Below are positions 54,401 through 62,369 of a stretch of 64,000 nucleotides of DNA, one piece after another (the first letter of the stretch is position 1; each line of letters opens with the position of its first letter). Location: the NCBI GenBank assembly GCA_003695705.1, contig RFHU01000278.1, positions 552-64,551 of the forward strand, in the 5' to 3' direction. Origin of the DNA: Planctomycetota bacterium. Lineage in GTDB: Bacteria; Planctomycetota; J058. The position numbers were made by a program, and so were the translations under genes. The notes under the pieces are model-generated. The model ran no database searches. It saw nothing but the letters and a program-made list of their open reading frames with translations, and was not told the origin of the DNA.

Positions 54401-55636
54401 GCGGTCCTCGGGGTCGCGCGCCAAGGCGCGTTCGAGGACGCAGCGCGCGTCCTCGCTCAGATGCTCGGGGAGCACGAGGTCTGCTTCGAGCACCGCGGTG
54501 AACAGCTCGGTCTGGTTCTTCGAGAAGTAGGGGTAGCGGCCCACGATCATTCGGTAGGCCATGACCCCCAGCGCGTAGACGTCCACCCGTCCGTCGAAGC
54601 CTTCGTCTTCGCGGAGGATGACTTCGGGAGCCATGTAGAGCGGGGTGCCGAGGAGCTCGCCCGTCGCGGTGAGCCGGGTGGCCCGGTCGACGAGATGCAC
54701 CAGGCCGAAGTCGGCGATGACCGGACGGCCGGTCCGGTCCACGAGCACGTTCGCCAGTTTCAGGTCGCGGTGCACGATGCCGTGGCGGTGCAGGTGCGCG
54801 GCGCCCAGCGCGACGTCCGTGAGGATGCGCGCGGCCTCGCGCTCGGAGAGGGGTCCATCGCGGACCAGGTCCTCGCAGGTCGAGCCCTCGACGAAGTCCA
54901 GCACCAAGTAGGGTCGACCGTCCGGGAGGGTGTTCAGCTCGTGGACGCGGACTACGTTGGGATGGTCCACGCGGGCGAGGGACTCGCCTTCGCGCAGGAA
55001 GCGGGCGAGGTCCTCCTCCTCTGCCAGGTGGGCCTGCAGCAGCTTCACCGCCACCCGGCGACCGGGGACGTCGCGGTGCTCGCAGGCATAGACCACCCCC
55101 ATGTTCCCTCGCCCGAGCTCGTCGAGGACCAGGTAGTCGCCCACCCGCAGCCCTGGGGCGGCGACCTCGCGCGCGTCCGATCCGAGGGCGGATCGCGCTC
55201 CGCCCCTTCGGGTCTCCGCCGTCCATGAGGGGCTGAGCCGGGAGGAGCCGCTCCCCCGGACGTTCGTTCGGGCCGAGCTTCCTGCGAAGGGTGCTCCGGA
55301 GGATGCTCCCGCGGCGGCGGCGCCCAGGGGGCGCCAGGCGGACCGGGGAGGCGCGCCGCCGACGCCGGGCAGCGTCCAGCGGTGCCCGCAACGCGGGCAG
55401 CGGGTCGTCCGAGGTCCTTCCGCAGGAAGGCGACAGCGGAGGTCACCGCACACGGGGCAGGGGGAGGCATGTCGCTGCAACTCGCGCAGCGCCTCCTCCA
55501 AGACGGACGGTGCGACGGACCCCGTCCGGCCCAGAACCTGGGCCAGACGGCCGGGCGGGGCCGAGGGCGGATCGCCGCGCAGGGCGCGTCGGGCGCGCAG
55601 CAGCGCGAGCAGCTCGTGGTCCTCGTAGGGGTGCAC
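51440..55636 (-). CDS. Ser/Thr protein kinase (1398 aa) with N-terminal T2SSE_N-like motif and zinc ribbon, one TM helix and a TPR-like region of about 900 aa
   Basis: GTG at 55636. CPVCG...CPRCGHRW. Kinase motifs GRGNMGVVYACE, AVKLL, HRDLKLANVLV, DFGLV, APE. TM segment LAVGAPLAIVGALLLSIGVAVWL. Confidence 0.9.
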   Translation of the reverse strand: MHPYEDHELLALLRARRALRGDPPSAPPGRLAQVLGRTGSVAPSVLEEALRELQRHASPCPVCGDLRCRLPAEGPRTTRCPRCGHRWTLPGVGGAPPRSAWRPLGAAAAGASSGAPFAGSSARTNVRGSGSSRLSPSWTAETRRGGARSALGSDAREVAAPGLRVGDYLVLDELGRGNMGVVYACEHRDVPGRRVAVKLLQAHLAEEEDLARFLREGESLARVDHPNVVRVHELNTLPDGRPYLVLDFVEGSTCEDLVRDGPLSEREAARILTDVALGAAHLHRHGIVHRDLKLANVLVDRTGRPVIADFGLVHLVDRATRLTATGELLGTPLYMAPEVILREDEGFDGRVDVYALGVMAYRMIVGRYPYFSKNQTELFTAVLEADLVLPEHLSEDARCVLERALARDPEDRYPTAKDLATDLRALARGEPVSARRLGAEERLRAWVRRHRRLAVGAPLAIVGALLLSIGVAVWLRARARRAVREELSALAERLDREGQRLGSRPPAAAERALAEPLQHARDALARGRALGISEGEAVERLRGLVKFLEGARLRARARKAWIEAWSDGEEKGPLPLTGAKLHSLLEVFSAAPAGPVAQAGARAFEALRARVLLAAGRAADAVRCLEVLGPEPAGVAEDEAEERRWILAWARARAGLPEVEDAPLEVTLFRAETAATPRAREQALAAAQAALEGAEGLEADLGRVELACLRLGGGESAQAVRLLAELRQWSDLQSSQAVPPQVQARAARLEGKVLLGLGWFASAAEAFARALRAAPQDTVRATRLDTEAGPWVSAADAAARLGEALGWARTLEQRRALESAERAQERLEATEAGGLPAALLRREAYDLRARSGEEGPAPEASGEPRGERERAAVAALAVRSARRAGDPKAPPPSRQDAAEAARLMREGCAELAAAEGAWLRGEEEQEARSRAKRARRAYLLALGRGAGARAWAGLALARFWEGNLAAAEEALGRVDFDRAPAEAWLARGLFELVPRSTQEDGAPPERRASAARAFARALECLESRGGKRVLERRAKQWRVLRLAARVLPPGPEPEVIGLLRRASELAEDPPLPPELRLGLARALRLAGEATGDEEVTRLAAARAEAAQADQKKALALRAVLRKGSVDTRARRIEPTKQASEAVFELQHLDPAAGESYYQYAVGFMLTGNPILGFDVYALGFELEPRRFLRLLVEEARRIPQGDRNDPSSVAFSEAYRSNLLRILDDQPPFSRLPLVRDAELRLALAAVRVRLQRVSVPTERLLSALRRAEGLSERRPHLAGAAVLQGMLRLDLGDWAGALRWLERARRMVDPFAWGTKAPADRWILRVFAAECQGWLRHPQEVARLLGNLVCEKRWVPYFCNTPAFWAEPSRPEVLLPPVQELVRRSRTARHTRLLGER

Positions 55637-55669
55637 CCGCGCTTCGCCCTTTCCGAGCCCCGGCGCGGC

Positions 55670-56110
55670 CTAGCCCCGTCCGCGACGTTTGACGAGGGTG
55701 ATTCGGTTGCCGCCTTCGGGCGGCGACTCGCAGCGGACCTCGTCGAAGAGGCCGACCAAGAGCGGAAGGCCCAGGCCACTCCCCTCCAGGTCCTCGAGTG
55801 GGTCGCGCTCCCGCGCGCGCGCGAGGGCGGCCTCCAGGTCGAAGGGCGGGCCGTGGCTACCGACGGTCAGCCGCAGGTCGTCCCGCGCGTCGAGGGTCAC
55901 GGTGACCCCGCGCGGGTCGGTTTGAGCCGCGTACTCGTGCTGGCACACGTTGGCGACGAGTTCGGCGAGTCCCAGGGCGAGGTCGTGGCGCAGCGAGGGT
56001 TCCACGGCGAGGGCCGCGAGGGCGACTTCGAGCAGGTCGTTGAGGACACGGATGGACCCGAGCACGGCCTCGGTTCGCAGTTCGAGGAAGCGGATGGAGG
56101 CTCTGCTCAT
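55670..56110 (-). CDS. RsbW/SpoIIAB-like anti-sigma-type Ser kinase (HATPase_c_2)
   Basis: ATG at 56110 overlaps the ATPase stop (ATGA). N-box LAELVANVCQH. G-boxes GSGLGLPLLVGLFDEV. Confidence 0.8.
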   Translation of the reverse strand: MSRASIRFLELRTEAVLGSIRVLNDLLEVALAALAVEPSLRHDLALGLAELVANVCQHEYAAQTDPRGVTVTLDARDDLRLTVGSHGPPFDLEAALARARERDPLEDLEGSGLGLPLLVGLFDEVRCESPPEGGNRITLVKRRGRG

Positions 56111-57486
56111 TCGAGGTCCCCGAGGGCGGCCTCCGGCAGGCTGATGCCCATGCGCCGGAAGCGCAGCTCGTGGCGCGTGGGGCCCACCCAGCGGAAACGT
56201 CCCACGGGGGCTTCGTCGGCGTAGCCCTCGTGCTCGTATTCGAAGACGTGGTTGAAGCGCACCTCGCCGGCCTCGCTCAGGTAGGGTTCGCTGATCTTGA
56301 CGATCTTCCGCTCTCCGTTGGCGAAGCGCGCAAGGACCACGATGACGTCGAGGCTGTCCACCACCAGCCGGCGCAGGTGCTCCTCGCTCAGGCCCAGGTT
56401 CGCGAACAGGCTGATGGTCACGGCCCGCTCAATGACGTCGGCCGGCGAGCTGGCGTGGATGGTCGTCATGGAGCCGTCGTGTCCGCAACGCATCGCCTGG
56501 AGCACGTCGACCATTTCCGGACCGCGCGCCTCGCCGACGACGATGCGGTCGGCGCGCATGCGCAGGGCCTCCTTGACGAGCTGCCGGATGGTGACCTCGC
56601 CCGTGCCTTCGATGTTCTCCGTGCGGCTCTGCAGGCGCACGACGTGGCAGTGCGAGCGGGAGAAGTCCAGCTCGCTGAGCTCCTCGATGGTCACCAGGCG
56701 CTCCCCCGCCGGGACCTGCGTCGCGAGGACGTTGAGGGTGGTGGTCTTGCCCGAGGCGGACGGGCCGCCGATGGCGATGTTCAGGCGCGCCTTGACGCAG
56801 GCCCCTAGGTAGAAGGCCATCTCGGGGCGGAGGGTCCCCGTGCTGATGAGGTCCTCGATCTGGGTGTAACGCTTGCCGAATTTGCGAATGGTGAGCTGGG
56901 GCCCGTCGATGGCGATGGGCGGCAAGACGGCGTGCACGCGCGAGCCGTCGGGGAGGCGACCGTCGAGGGTCGGCGAGGCGAAGTCGATGCGGCGCCCCGT
57001 GCGCTCGGCGATCTTGCGAATGGTGCTGGTGAGGTGCGCCTCGTCGCGGAAGCGCGCCGGGGTCTGCTCCAAGCGCCCACCCCGCTCCACGACCACCAGG
57101 TCGGGACCGTTGACCATGATCTCGCTGACCGTGGGGTCGTCGAGGAACTCCTGCAGGGGGCCCGTCCCCAGCACGTCGCGCGCGATGCGCTGCGCCACCC
57201 ACTCCACGTCCTCGGGGGTGGGGCGCGGCTCGAAGTCCCGTGCCATGGTCTCCACCAAGGCGCGGGCGTCGTCTTCGAGCCTGCGCAGGGCGTCCTCTCC
57301 CTCGGGCAAGCCGCGCGGCCCCAACCAGGCCACGAAGCGAGGGAAGGCGGCTCGCTCCAGTCGCGCCCGCAAGGCGTCGTACGACGTCCGCTCGGCGGGA
57401 AGGGTCCGTTCGAGCACCTTGAGGTGCTGCTCGATCTCCTCGAGGTCGAAGTCGTCGAATTCGAGGTCGCCCTGCTGCGCGCTCAT
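56107..57486 (-). CDS. CpaF/TadA (VirB11-superfamily) secretion-type hexameric ATPase, orphan
   Basis: ATG at 57486 overlaps the STAS stop (ATGA). SEIMVNGPD, IAIGGPSASGKTTTLNVL (Walker A), RIVVGEARGPE (Walker B), RCGHDGSMTTIHASS (His box). Confidence 0.88.
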   Translation of the reverse strand: MSAQQGDLEFDDFDLEEIEQHLKVLERTLPAERTSYDALRARLERAAFPRFVAWLGPRGLPEGEDALRRLEDDARALVETMARDFEPRPTPEDVEWVAQRIARDVLGTGPLQEFLDDPTVSEIMVNGPDLVVVERGGRLEQTPARFRDEAHLTSTIRKIAERTGRRIDFASPTLDGRLPDGSRVHAVLPPIAIDGPQLTIRKFGKRYTQIEDLISTGTLRPEMAFYLGACVKARLNIAIGGPSASGKTTTLNVLATQVPAGERLVTIEELSELDFSRSHCHVVRLQSRTENIEGTGEVTIRQLVKEALRMRADRIVVGEARGPEMVDVLQAMRCGHDGSMTTIHASSPADVIERAVTISLFANLGLSEEHLRRLVVDSLDVIVVLARFANGERKIVKISEPYLSEAGEVRFNHVFEYEHEGYADEAPVGRFRWVGPTRHELRFRRMGISLPEAALGDLE

Positions 57487-57839
57487 GCCAGGCCTTCCAG
57501 CGCCTCGTTGCGCTCCTCCACGACTCCCATCACGGTCTCCAGCTTGGTGATGCGGAACACGCGGCGGATGTTCTCGTTGAGGCCGAAGAACACGATCTTT
57601 CCCCCCAGAGGGCGCAGGCGCTTGAGCAGGTGCACGAAGACGTTCAGCCCCGAGGAGTCGATCTGTTCGAGTTCCCGGGCGTCGACGACCAGGTTGCGCA
57701 GTCCGCGGTCGACGAGTTCGAGGAGTTCTTCCTGCAAGCCGGGCGCTAGGTCGGCGTAGACCCGCCCCGTCAGGGCGAGTTCGTAGGTCCCGTGCGCCTG
57801 GTTCAGGGGCTGAACGCGGTAGGTCTCTTCCATTGGCAC
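57483..57839 (-). CDS. STAS-domain anti-anti-sigma factor (RsbV/SpoIIAA-like)
   Basis: VVDARELEQIDSSGLNVFVHLLKRL carries the conserved phosphorylatable Ser in DSSGL. Start is the GTG at 57839 or the ATG at 57833. Confidence 0.85.
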   Translation of the reverse strand: MPMEETYRVQPLNQAHGTYELALTGRVYADLAPGLQEELLELVDRGLRNLVVDARELEQIDSSGLNVFVHLLKRLRPLGGKIVFFGLNENIRRVFRITKLETVMGVVEERNEALEGLA

Positions 57840-57843
57840 GAGC

Positions 57844-58899
57844 TTATTCCGTGGTGAGTTCGAAGGCCACCGCCGTCACGTCGTCCTCGGGCCGTCCCTC
57901 CTCGTCGAGGGCGATGACCTCGCCGAGCGCCCCGCCCACCTGCAGTTCGAGGTCGAGGTCGCGCAACTCGACGAGTTTGCGCAGGAAGCGCTCGTCGTAG
58001 ACGGGGTCTGCGCCGTCCGTGAAGAACACGACGCGGTCGCCCGGTTCGAGCTCGACCTCGAAGTCCTCGTAGGCGGCAGGGTCGATGCCCAGCAGCAGCC
58101 CCGAGCCGCCCAGACGCTCGTATTTCCCGTTGGGGCGGATCCGCACGGGCGACGGATGACCGGCGTTGGCGAGGCACAGGCGTCGGGAGGGGAGGTCGAG
58201 CAGGCCGTAGCAGAAGGCGGCGGTGGGGGACTCGTCGAGCTGGGCATCGAGCAGGTAGCCGTTGAGCTCGCCGAGGACTTCGCCGGGCGAGCGCACCTGC
58301 TCGCCCTGCAGGGGGCGGAAGAGCGAGCGCAAGAGCGTGGTCAAGAGGGCCGCCCGCACGCCGTGCCCCACGGCGTCGAGCGTGAACAGGGCGACCCGCT
58401 CAGGGCCGAGGAGGCGCAGCTCGTAGGTGTCTCCGGACACGAAGTCGCGGGGCAGGTAGGCCGTCGAGAAGCGTACGCCAGCGACTTCGGGAAGGCTGCG
58501 GGGAAGGAGGCTGCGCTGGAGTTGCGCGGCGAGGCGCAAGTGCCGCTCGTTCGTGTCGGCCTCGCGTCCGAGGTCGGCCACGGCGCGTTCGAGCTTGAGG
58601 CGGGAGCGGAAGCGGGCGACGGCGTTGCGCAGGCGGGCGAGGGCCAGTTCGCGGGGGGTGGCGGGGGTCAGGACCTCGATGGCCCCCGCGTCGAGGGCCG
58701 CGGCTTCGGCCGCCGCGCCCGCGCCGACGACGGCGACCACGCCGATCCGCCCCTCGAAGGCGTAGGCCTCGAGGACCTCCGGCACGGGGTCGTAGACGAC
58801 CGCGATCTCCTCGCAGGCGTCGGCGGCCTCGAGCTCGCGCCGCAGCTCCGGGTCCAGCGCGGAAGGATCGACCACGCCCCCCAGGCTACCTTCCCGCAC
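57844..58899 (-). CDS. PP2C-type (SpoIIE/RsbU-like) Ser phosphatase with degenerate receiver-like N-terminal domain
   Basis: AAQLQRSLLP, YLPRDFVSGDTYEL, FTLDAVGHGVRAALL, VFFTDGADP. GTG at 58899, 15 nt after the lysS stop. Confidence 0.85.
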   Translation of the reverse strand: MREGSLGGVVDPSALDPELRRELEAADACEEIAVVYDPVPEVLEAYAFEGRIGVVAVVGAGAAAEAAALDAGAIEVLTPATPRELALARLRNAVARFRSRLKLERAVADLGREADTNERHLRLAAQLQRSLLPRSLPEVAGVRFSTAYLPRDFVSGDTYELRLLGPERVALFTLDAVGHGVRAALLTTLLRSLFRPLQGEQVRSPGEVLGELNGYLLDAQLDESPTAAFCYGLLDLPSRRLCLANAGHPSPVRIRPNGKYERLGGSGLLLGIDPAAYEDFEVELEPGDRVVFFTDGADPVYDERFLRKLVELRDLDLELQVGGALGEVIALDEEGRPEDDVTAVAFELTTE

Positions 58900-58914
58900 G
58901 GCCTCGCGGCGCGG

Positions 58915-60804
58915 TCACGCCTCGACCTCCGAGCGCAAGGCCGCGACGTAGCGAGCAAGGGCGCGGGCCTGGTTTTCGACCGCGAGGAACTTGCTCTCGG
59001 ACAGGCGCGCCAAGAGGTCCGCGAGCCCGACTCCTCCCACGGCGGGCAGGAGCTCGTGCAGGGCCGCCAGCGGGCGTCCTTCGCCGACGAAGAGCTCGCG
59101 GCCGATCCCTTCGTTGGCGAGGGCGCGGGCGCGCTCGCGGAGAAAGGCGAGCACCCCCTCCTCCCCCTTCTTGCGCGCCTTCTTGTTGGGCTGTTGCTGG
59201 CCGCGCGAGACGTGGCGCACCCGCTCGCCGTCGAGTGCGTAGACCTCGAGCCAGGGGGGATCGGCCAGGTAGAGGCCTAGGGCCAGGGCCTCCTCGCCGG
59301 CCCAGAGGACCGTTCGAGGAGCGCCGCCGATGTTTCCCAGAGGCTTCATGAGGGGGAACCAGACCACGTCGCGCAGGTTCGGGGCATCGCTCAGCAGCGC
59401 GACGATGCGGTCGATGCCCATTCCCCAGCCGGAGATGGGAGGCATGCCGTGTTCCATCGCGAGCAGGTAGTCCTCGTCGAGTTCCATGGCCTCGTCGTCG
59501 CCGGCGGCCTTGAGTCCGGCCTGCTCGACGAGGCGCTCGCGCTGGTCGATGGGGTCGACCAGCTCCGAATAGGCGTTCACGACCTCCCAGGTGTCGACCA
59601 CGAGCTGGAAGCGGTCGACGGTGCGCGGGTCGTCGTCGGAGGCGCGCGCGAGGGGCGAGAGGTCGCGCGGATGGCGGATGATGAAGGTGGGCTGGATCAG
59701 CTGGCCGCGCGCCGTCTTCTTGTAGAGCTGGTCGATCAGGCTCCCGCGGCCGGCGCCCGGGTTTTCGAGCTCCACGCCCCGGGCGACGATGGCGGCACGC
59801 AGGGAGTCGGCGTCGGGATGCGCGTCGATGTCGATCCCCGCGTGTTCCTCGATGACCTCCCGCAGGCTTCGCCGCGGCCACTCTCCGGAGAAGTCAATGG
59901 TCCGCCCGCCGCGCTCGATGCGGAGCGTGCCGAGGGCCTCTTGGATGACCTCGCGCAGGAGGCGCTCGGTGAAGCGCATGTTGTCTTCGTAGTTCCAGTA
60001 GGCCACGTAGTACTCGAGCATGGTGAAGTCCTGCAGGTGGGACGGGTCCATGCCCTCGTTGCGGAAGCAGCGCGCGAACTCGTAGACGCGGTCGTAGCCG
60101 GCGACGATGAGCCGCTTGAGGTAGGTTTCGGGGGCGATCCGGAGGACCACCGGCATGTCCAGGGCGTTGTGGTGGGAGACGAAGGGGCGCGCGAGGGCCC
60201 CCGACGCCTTGTTGCAGAGGACGGGGGTCTCGACCTCCTGGAAGCCCTCGCGGTCGAGCGCGGCGCGGATGGCGCGCACGAGCGCCGTGCGCAGCCGGAA
60301 GCGCTCGCGGCTCTGCGGGTTGGTCACGAGGTCTAGGTAGCGCTGCCGCCAGGCGAGCTCGGTGTCGTGAATGCCGAGCCGCTTCTCCGGAGGAGGCTGC
60401 AGGCACTTGCCGAGGAAGCTCCACCCGCGGGCCCGCACGGTCAGCTCACCGGTCCGCGTGCGGAACATGTCTCCTTCCACGCCGACGAAGTCCCACAGGT
60501 CGACCTTCTTGGAGAAGAGCTTGTGCTGCCGGGCGCTCTCCTCGGGGTCCTCGGCGAGGGCGTCCCGCGCCAGCATGACCTGCAGCGCGCCGTCGAAGTC
60601 CTGCAGCTTGACGAACACGTTCTTTCCCATGTCGCGCTTGGCGATCACACGACCGGCGACGCGGACCCCGCGGACCGTCTCGTCGAGGGCGGCCGCCTCG
60701 GCCAGGGTGTGGGTGCGCTCGTAGCGCTCGGGGTGGGGGTGCACGCCGGCCGCCACGAGGTCCTCGAGCTTGCCGAGCCGCACTTGCCGGTAGTCCTGAG
60801 CCAC
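58915..60804 (-). CDS. lysS: Lysine--tRNA ligase (class II) with a C-terminal extension of about 141 aa of unknown function
   Basis: GTG at 60804, 4 nt after GGAGGAGG. OB fold VRVAGRVIAKRDMGKNVFVKLQD. Class II motifs FRNEGMD, ELVDPIDQ, GWGMGIDRIVALL. The canonical end, FPLMKP, falls at about 59341. Confidence 0.9.
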   Translation of the reverse strand: MAQDYRQVRLGKLEDLVAAGVHPHPERYERTHTLAEAAALDETVRGVRVAGRVIAKRDMGKNVFVKLQDFDGALQVMLARDALAEDPEESARQHKLFSKKVDLWDFVGVEGDMFRTRTGELTVRARGWSFLGKCLQPPPEKRLGIHDTELAWRQRYLDLVTNPQSRERFRLRTALVRAIRAALDREGFQEVETPVLCNKASGALARPFVSHHNALDMPVVLRIAPETYLKRLIVAGYDRVYEFARCFRNEGMDPSHLQDFTMLEYYVAYWNYEDNMRFTERLLREVIQEALGTLRIERGGRTIDFSGEWPRRSLREVIEEHAGIDIDAHPDADSLRAAIVARGVELENPGAGRGSLIDQLYKKTARGQLIQPTFIIRHPRDLSPLARASDDDPRTVDRFQLVVDTWEVVNAYSELVDPIDQRERLVEQAGLKAAGDDEAMELDEDYLLAMEHGMPPISGWGMGIDRIVALLSDAPNLRDVVWFPLMKPLGNIGGAPRTVLWAGEEALALGLYLADPPWLEVYALDGERVRHVSRGQQQPNKKARKKGEEGVLAFLRERARALANEGIGRELFVGEGRPLAALHELLPAVGGVGLADLLARLSESKFLAVENQARALARYVAALRSEVEA

Positions 60805-60965
60805 GGAGCCTCCTCCTTCGCAGCCTGCCCGGTCGCACCGAGCTTCCCGCACCCCCGGCCGACGGGCGACCGCAGGGCGGTCACGGCGTCCTCCGAGAGG
60901 TCGTCGAAGCGGCTTAGAATACCCGCTTCCCCCGCGCTCCTCGCCCGCGGAGGAGAAGGAAGAGC

Positions 60966-62369
60966 ATGCCCGAGCCCGGCCCGACGCAGCCCGGCGGGCG
61001 CGACGACCCGGTGGAGGCCTCCGAGCCCTGCCCGACGCAGCCCGGTCCGACGCAGCCCGGTCCGACGCAGCCCGGTCCGACGCAGCCCGGCTGGCGCGAC
61101 GACCCGGTGGACCTGGGCGCGACCTTGCGCGTGGCCTGGCGCGTCGTGCGCGACAACCCCGGGCCGGCCCTCCTCGCCCCCCTTCTGGCCTTGGGCTGCG
61201 TCCTGCTGCTGGCCGGTCTCCTGGTGGCGCCCTTGATCGTCTGGGGCATCCTCGGCGGCCTGGGGGGGAAGGGCCCCGGCGCCGGACCGGCGCCCCCTCC
61301 CGCGCTGTTTCTGAACCTCTTCCCTTCGCTGCTCACCACCGTCCTCCTGCCGGTGGGGGTCTGGCTCTTCCTGGGGCTGGTGGGCATCTTCCTGCAGCTC
61401 GCCCGGCGCCGGCCCGTCCGGCTGGGCGACCTCTTCGCCCAGCGGCGGGTCCTCCTCCCCGCCCTCGTCGCCTACCTCCTCGCCGTGACCGCCCAGAACG
61501 TCGGCACCCTGGCCTTCCTCGTCGGCGGCCTCGCGGTGCAAGTCGCTCTCTTCTTTGCCCCCTACTTCATCCTCGACCGAGGCCTGGGGCCCATCGCGGC
61601 CCTGCGCGCCTCTTGGGAGAGCGTGTGGGGCTTGCGGACTCTTCTCAAGCTCTTCGCTGTGGGCCTCCTCGCGCAGCTGGGGACCGCCCTGACCTGCGGC
61701 CTGGGCGCGGTCGTGTTCTTCCCTTGGGCGCTGGCCGCCGCGACGCGGCTCTACTTGCTCCTCTCGGCGCGCCTCCCCTGCCTGCACTGCGGGCAACGCC
61801 TGGCTCCGCGCACCGAGGTCTGCCCTCGCTGCGGCGAAGCCCCTCGCGAGCTGCCCCCCCCACCCCCGGACGCCGCGCCCTTGGACCTCACCTTCGCCGG
61901 GCAACCGCAGCCGGCCTGGGTCTTGCCCGTGGCCCTGCTCCTCCTGCTCCCCCTGCTCAGCCAGGGCGGGAGCCCCTGGGGCGCCGCGTTCACCACCGCC
62001 GGGATCGCTCCCGCCCTCTTCGGTGTGCACTGGCTCGTGGGTCTGGGAGCGGGGCTGGGCGCGGTGTGCGTCCCCCTCCTCGCCGCGCTGGGGCTCCTCT
62101 TGCATCACGACGCGCGCGCGGCGGAGGTCCGCCTCGACGAGGCCGGGGCCTGGATTGGAGCGCGCGAACGGTGGCCAGGGAGCCGGATCCCGTGGCGATC
62201 CGTGCGCGGCTTCCGCCGCCTGGGCCAGGGGCGACTGCGCCTCGTCGTTCGCCGGCGCCCCTGGACCCGCTGGTTCGGGCCCGTCGTCCCCTGCGAAGGC
62301 CGCGAGGCCCACGACGTGGTCGTCGCCCTCGAGGCCCGCGGGGTCTACGACATCGAGGGGAGGTCGTGA
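60966..62369 (+). CDS. Polytopic membrane protein with N-terminal PTQPG tandem repeats and an internal zinc-ribbon loop
   Basis: ATG at 60966. Multiple hydrophobic helices. CLHCGQRLAPRTEVCPRCG between helix bundles. Confidence 0.7.
   Translation: MPEPGPTQPGGRDDPVEASEPCPTQPGPTQPGPTQPGPTQPGWRDDPVDLGATLRVAWRVVRDNPGPALLAPLLALGCVLLLAGLLVAPLIVWGILGGLGGKGPGAGPAPPPALFLNLFPSLLTTVLLPVGVWLFLGLVGIFLQLARRRPVRLGDLFAQRRVLLPALVAYLLAVTAQNVGTLAFLVGGLAVQVALFFAPYFILDRGLGPIAALRASWESVWGLRTLLKLFAVGLLAQLGTALTCGLGAVVFFPWALAAATRLYLLLSARLPCLHCGQRLAPRTEVCPRCGEAPRELPPPPPDAAPLDLTFAGQPQPAWVLPVALLLLLPLLSQGGSPWGAAFTTAGIAPALFGVHWLVGLGAGLGAVCVPLLAALGLLLHHDARAAEVRLDEAGAWIGARERWPGSRIPWRSVRGFRRLGQGRLRLVVRRRPWTRWFGPVVPCEGREAHDVVVALEARGVYDIEGRS
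61032..61091 (+). repeat. Four tandem copies of a 15-bp unit (CCGACGCAGCCCGGT) inside the membrane-protein CDS
   Basis: Read directly from the sequence. It encodes (PTQPG)x4 and is nested in a 35-nt direct repeat at 60981-61015 and 61077-61111. Confidence 0.9.

Noticed and set aside
51806-55228. 1140-aa plus-strand ORF opposite the large kinase
   Set aside because: It is antisense to a gene with all Hanks kinase motifs. Its composition is Gly/Arg/Glu-rich without domains.
61032-61091. Short direct repeats considered as a possible CRISPR array
   Set aside because: The units are 15 bp, contiguous without spacers, in frame inside a CDS, and encode PTQPG repeats. No cas genes lie nearby.
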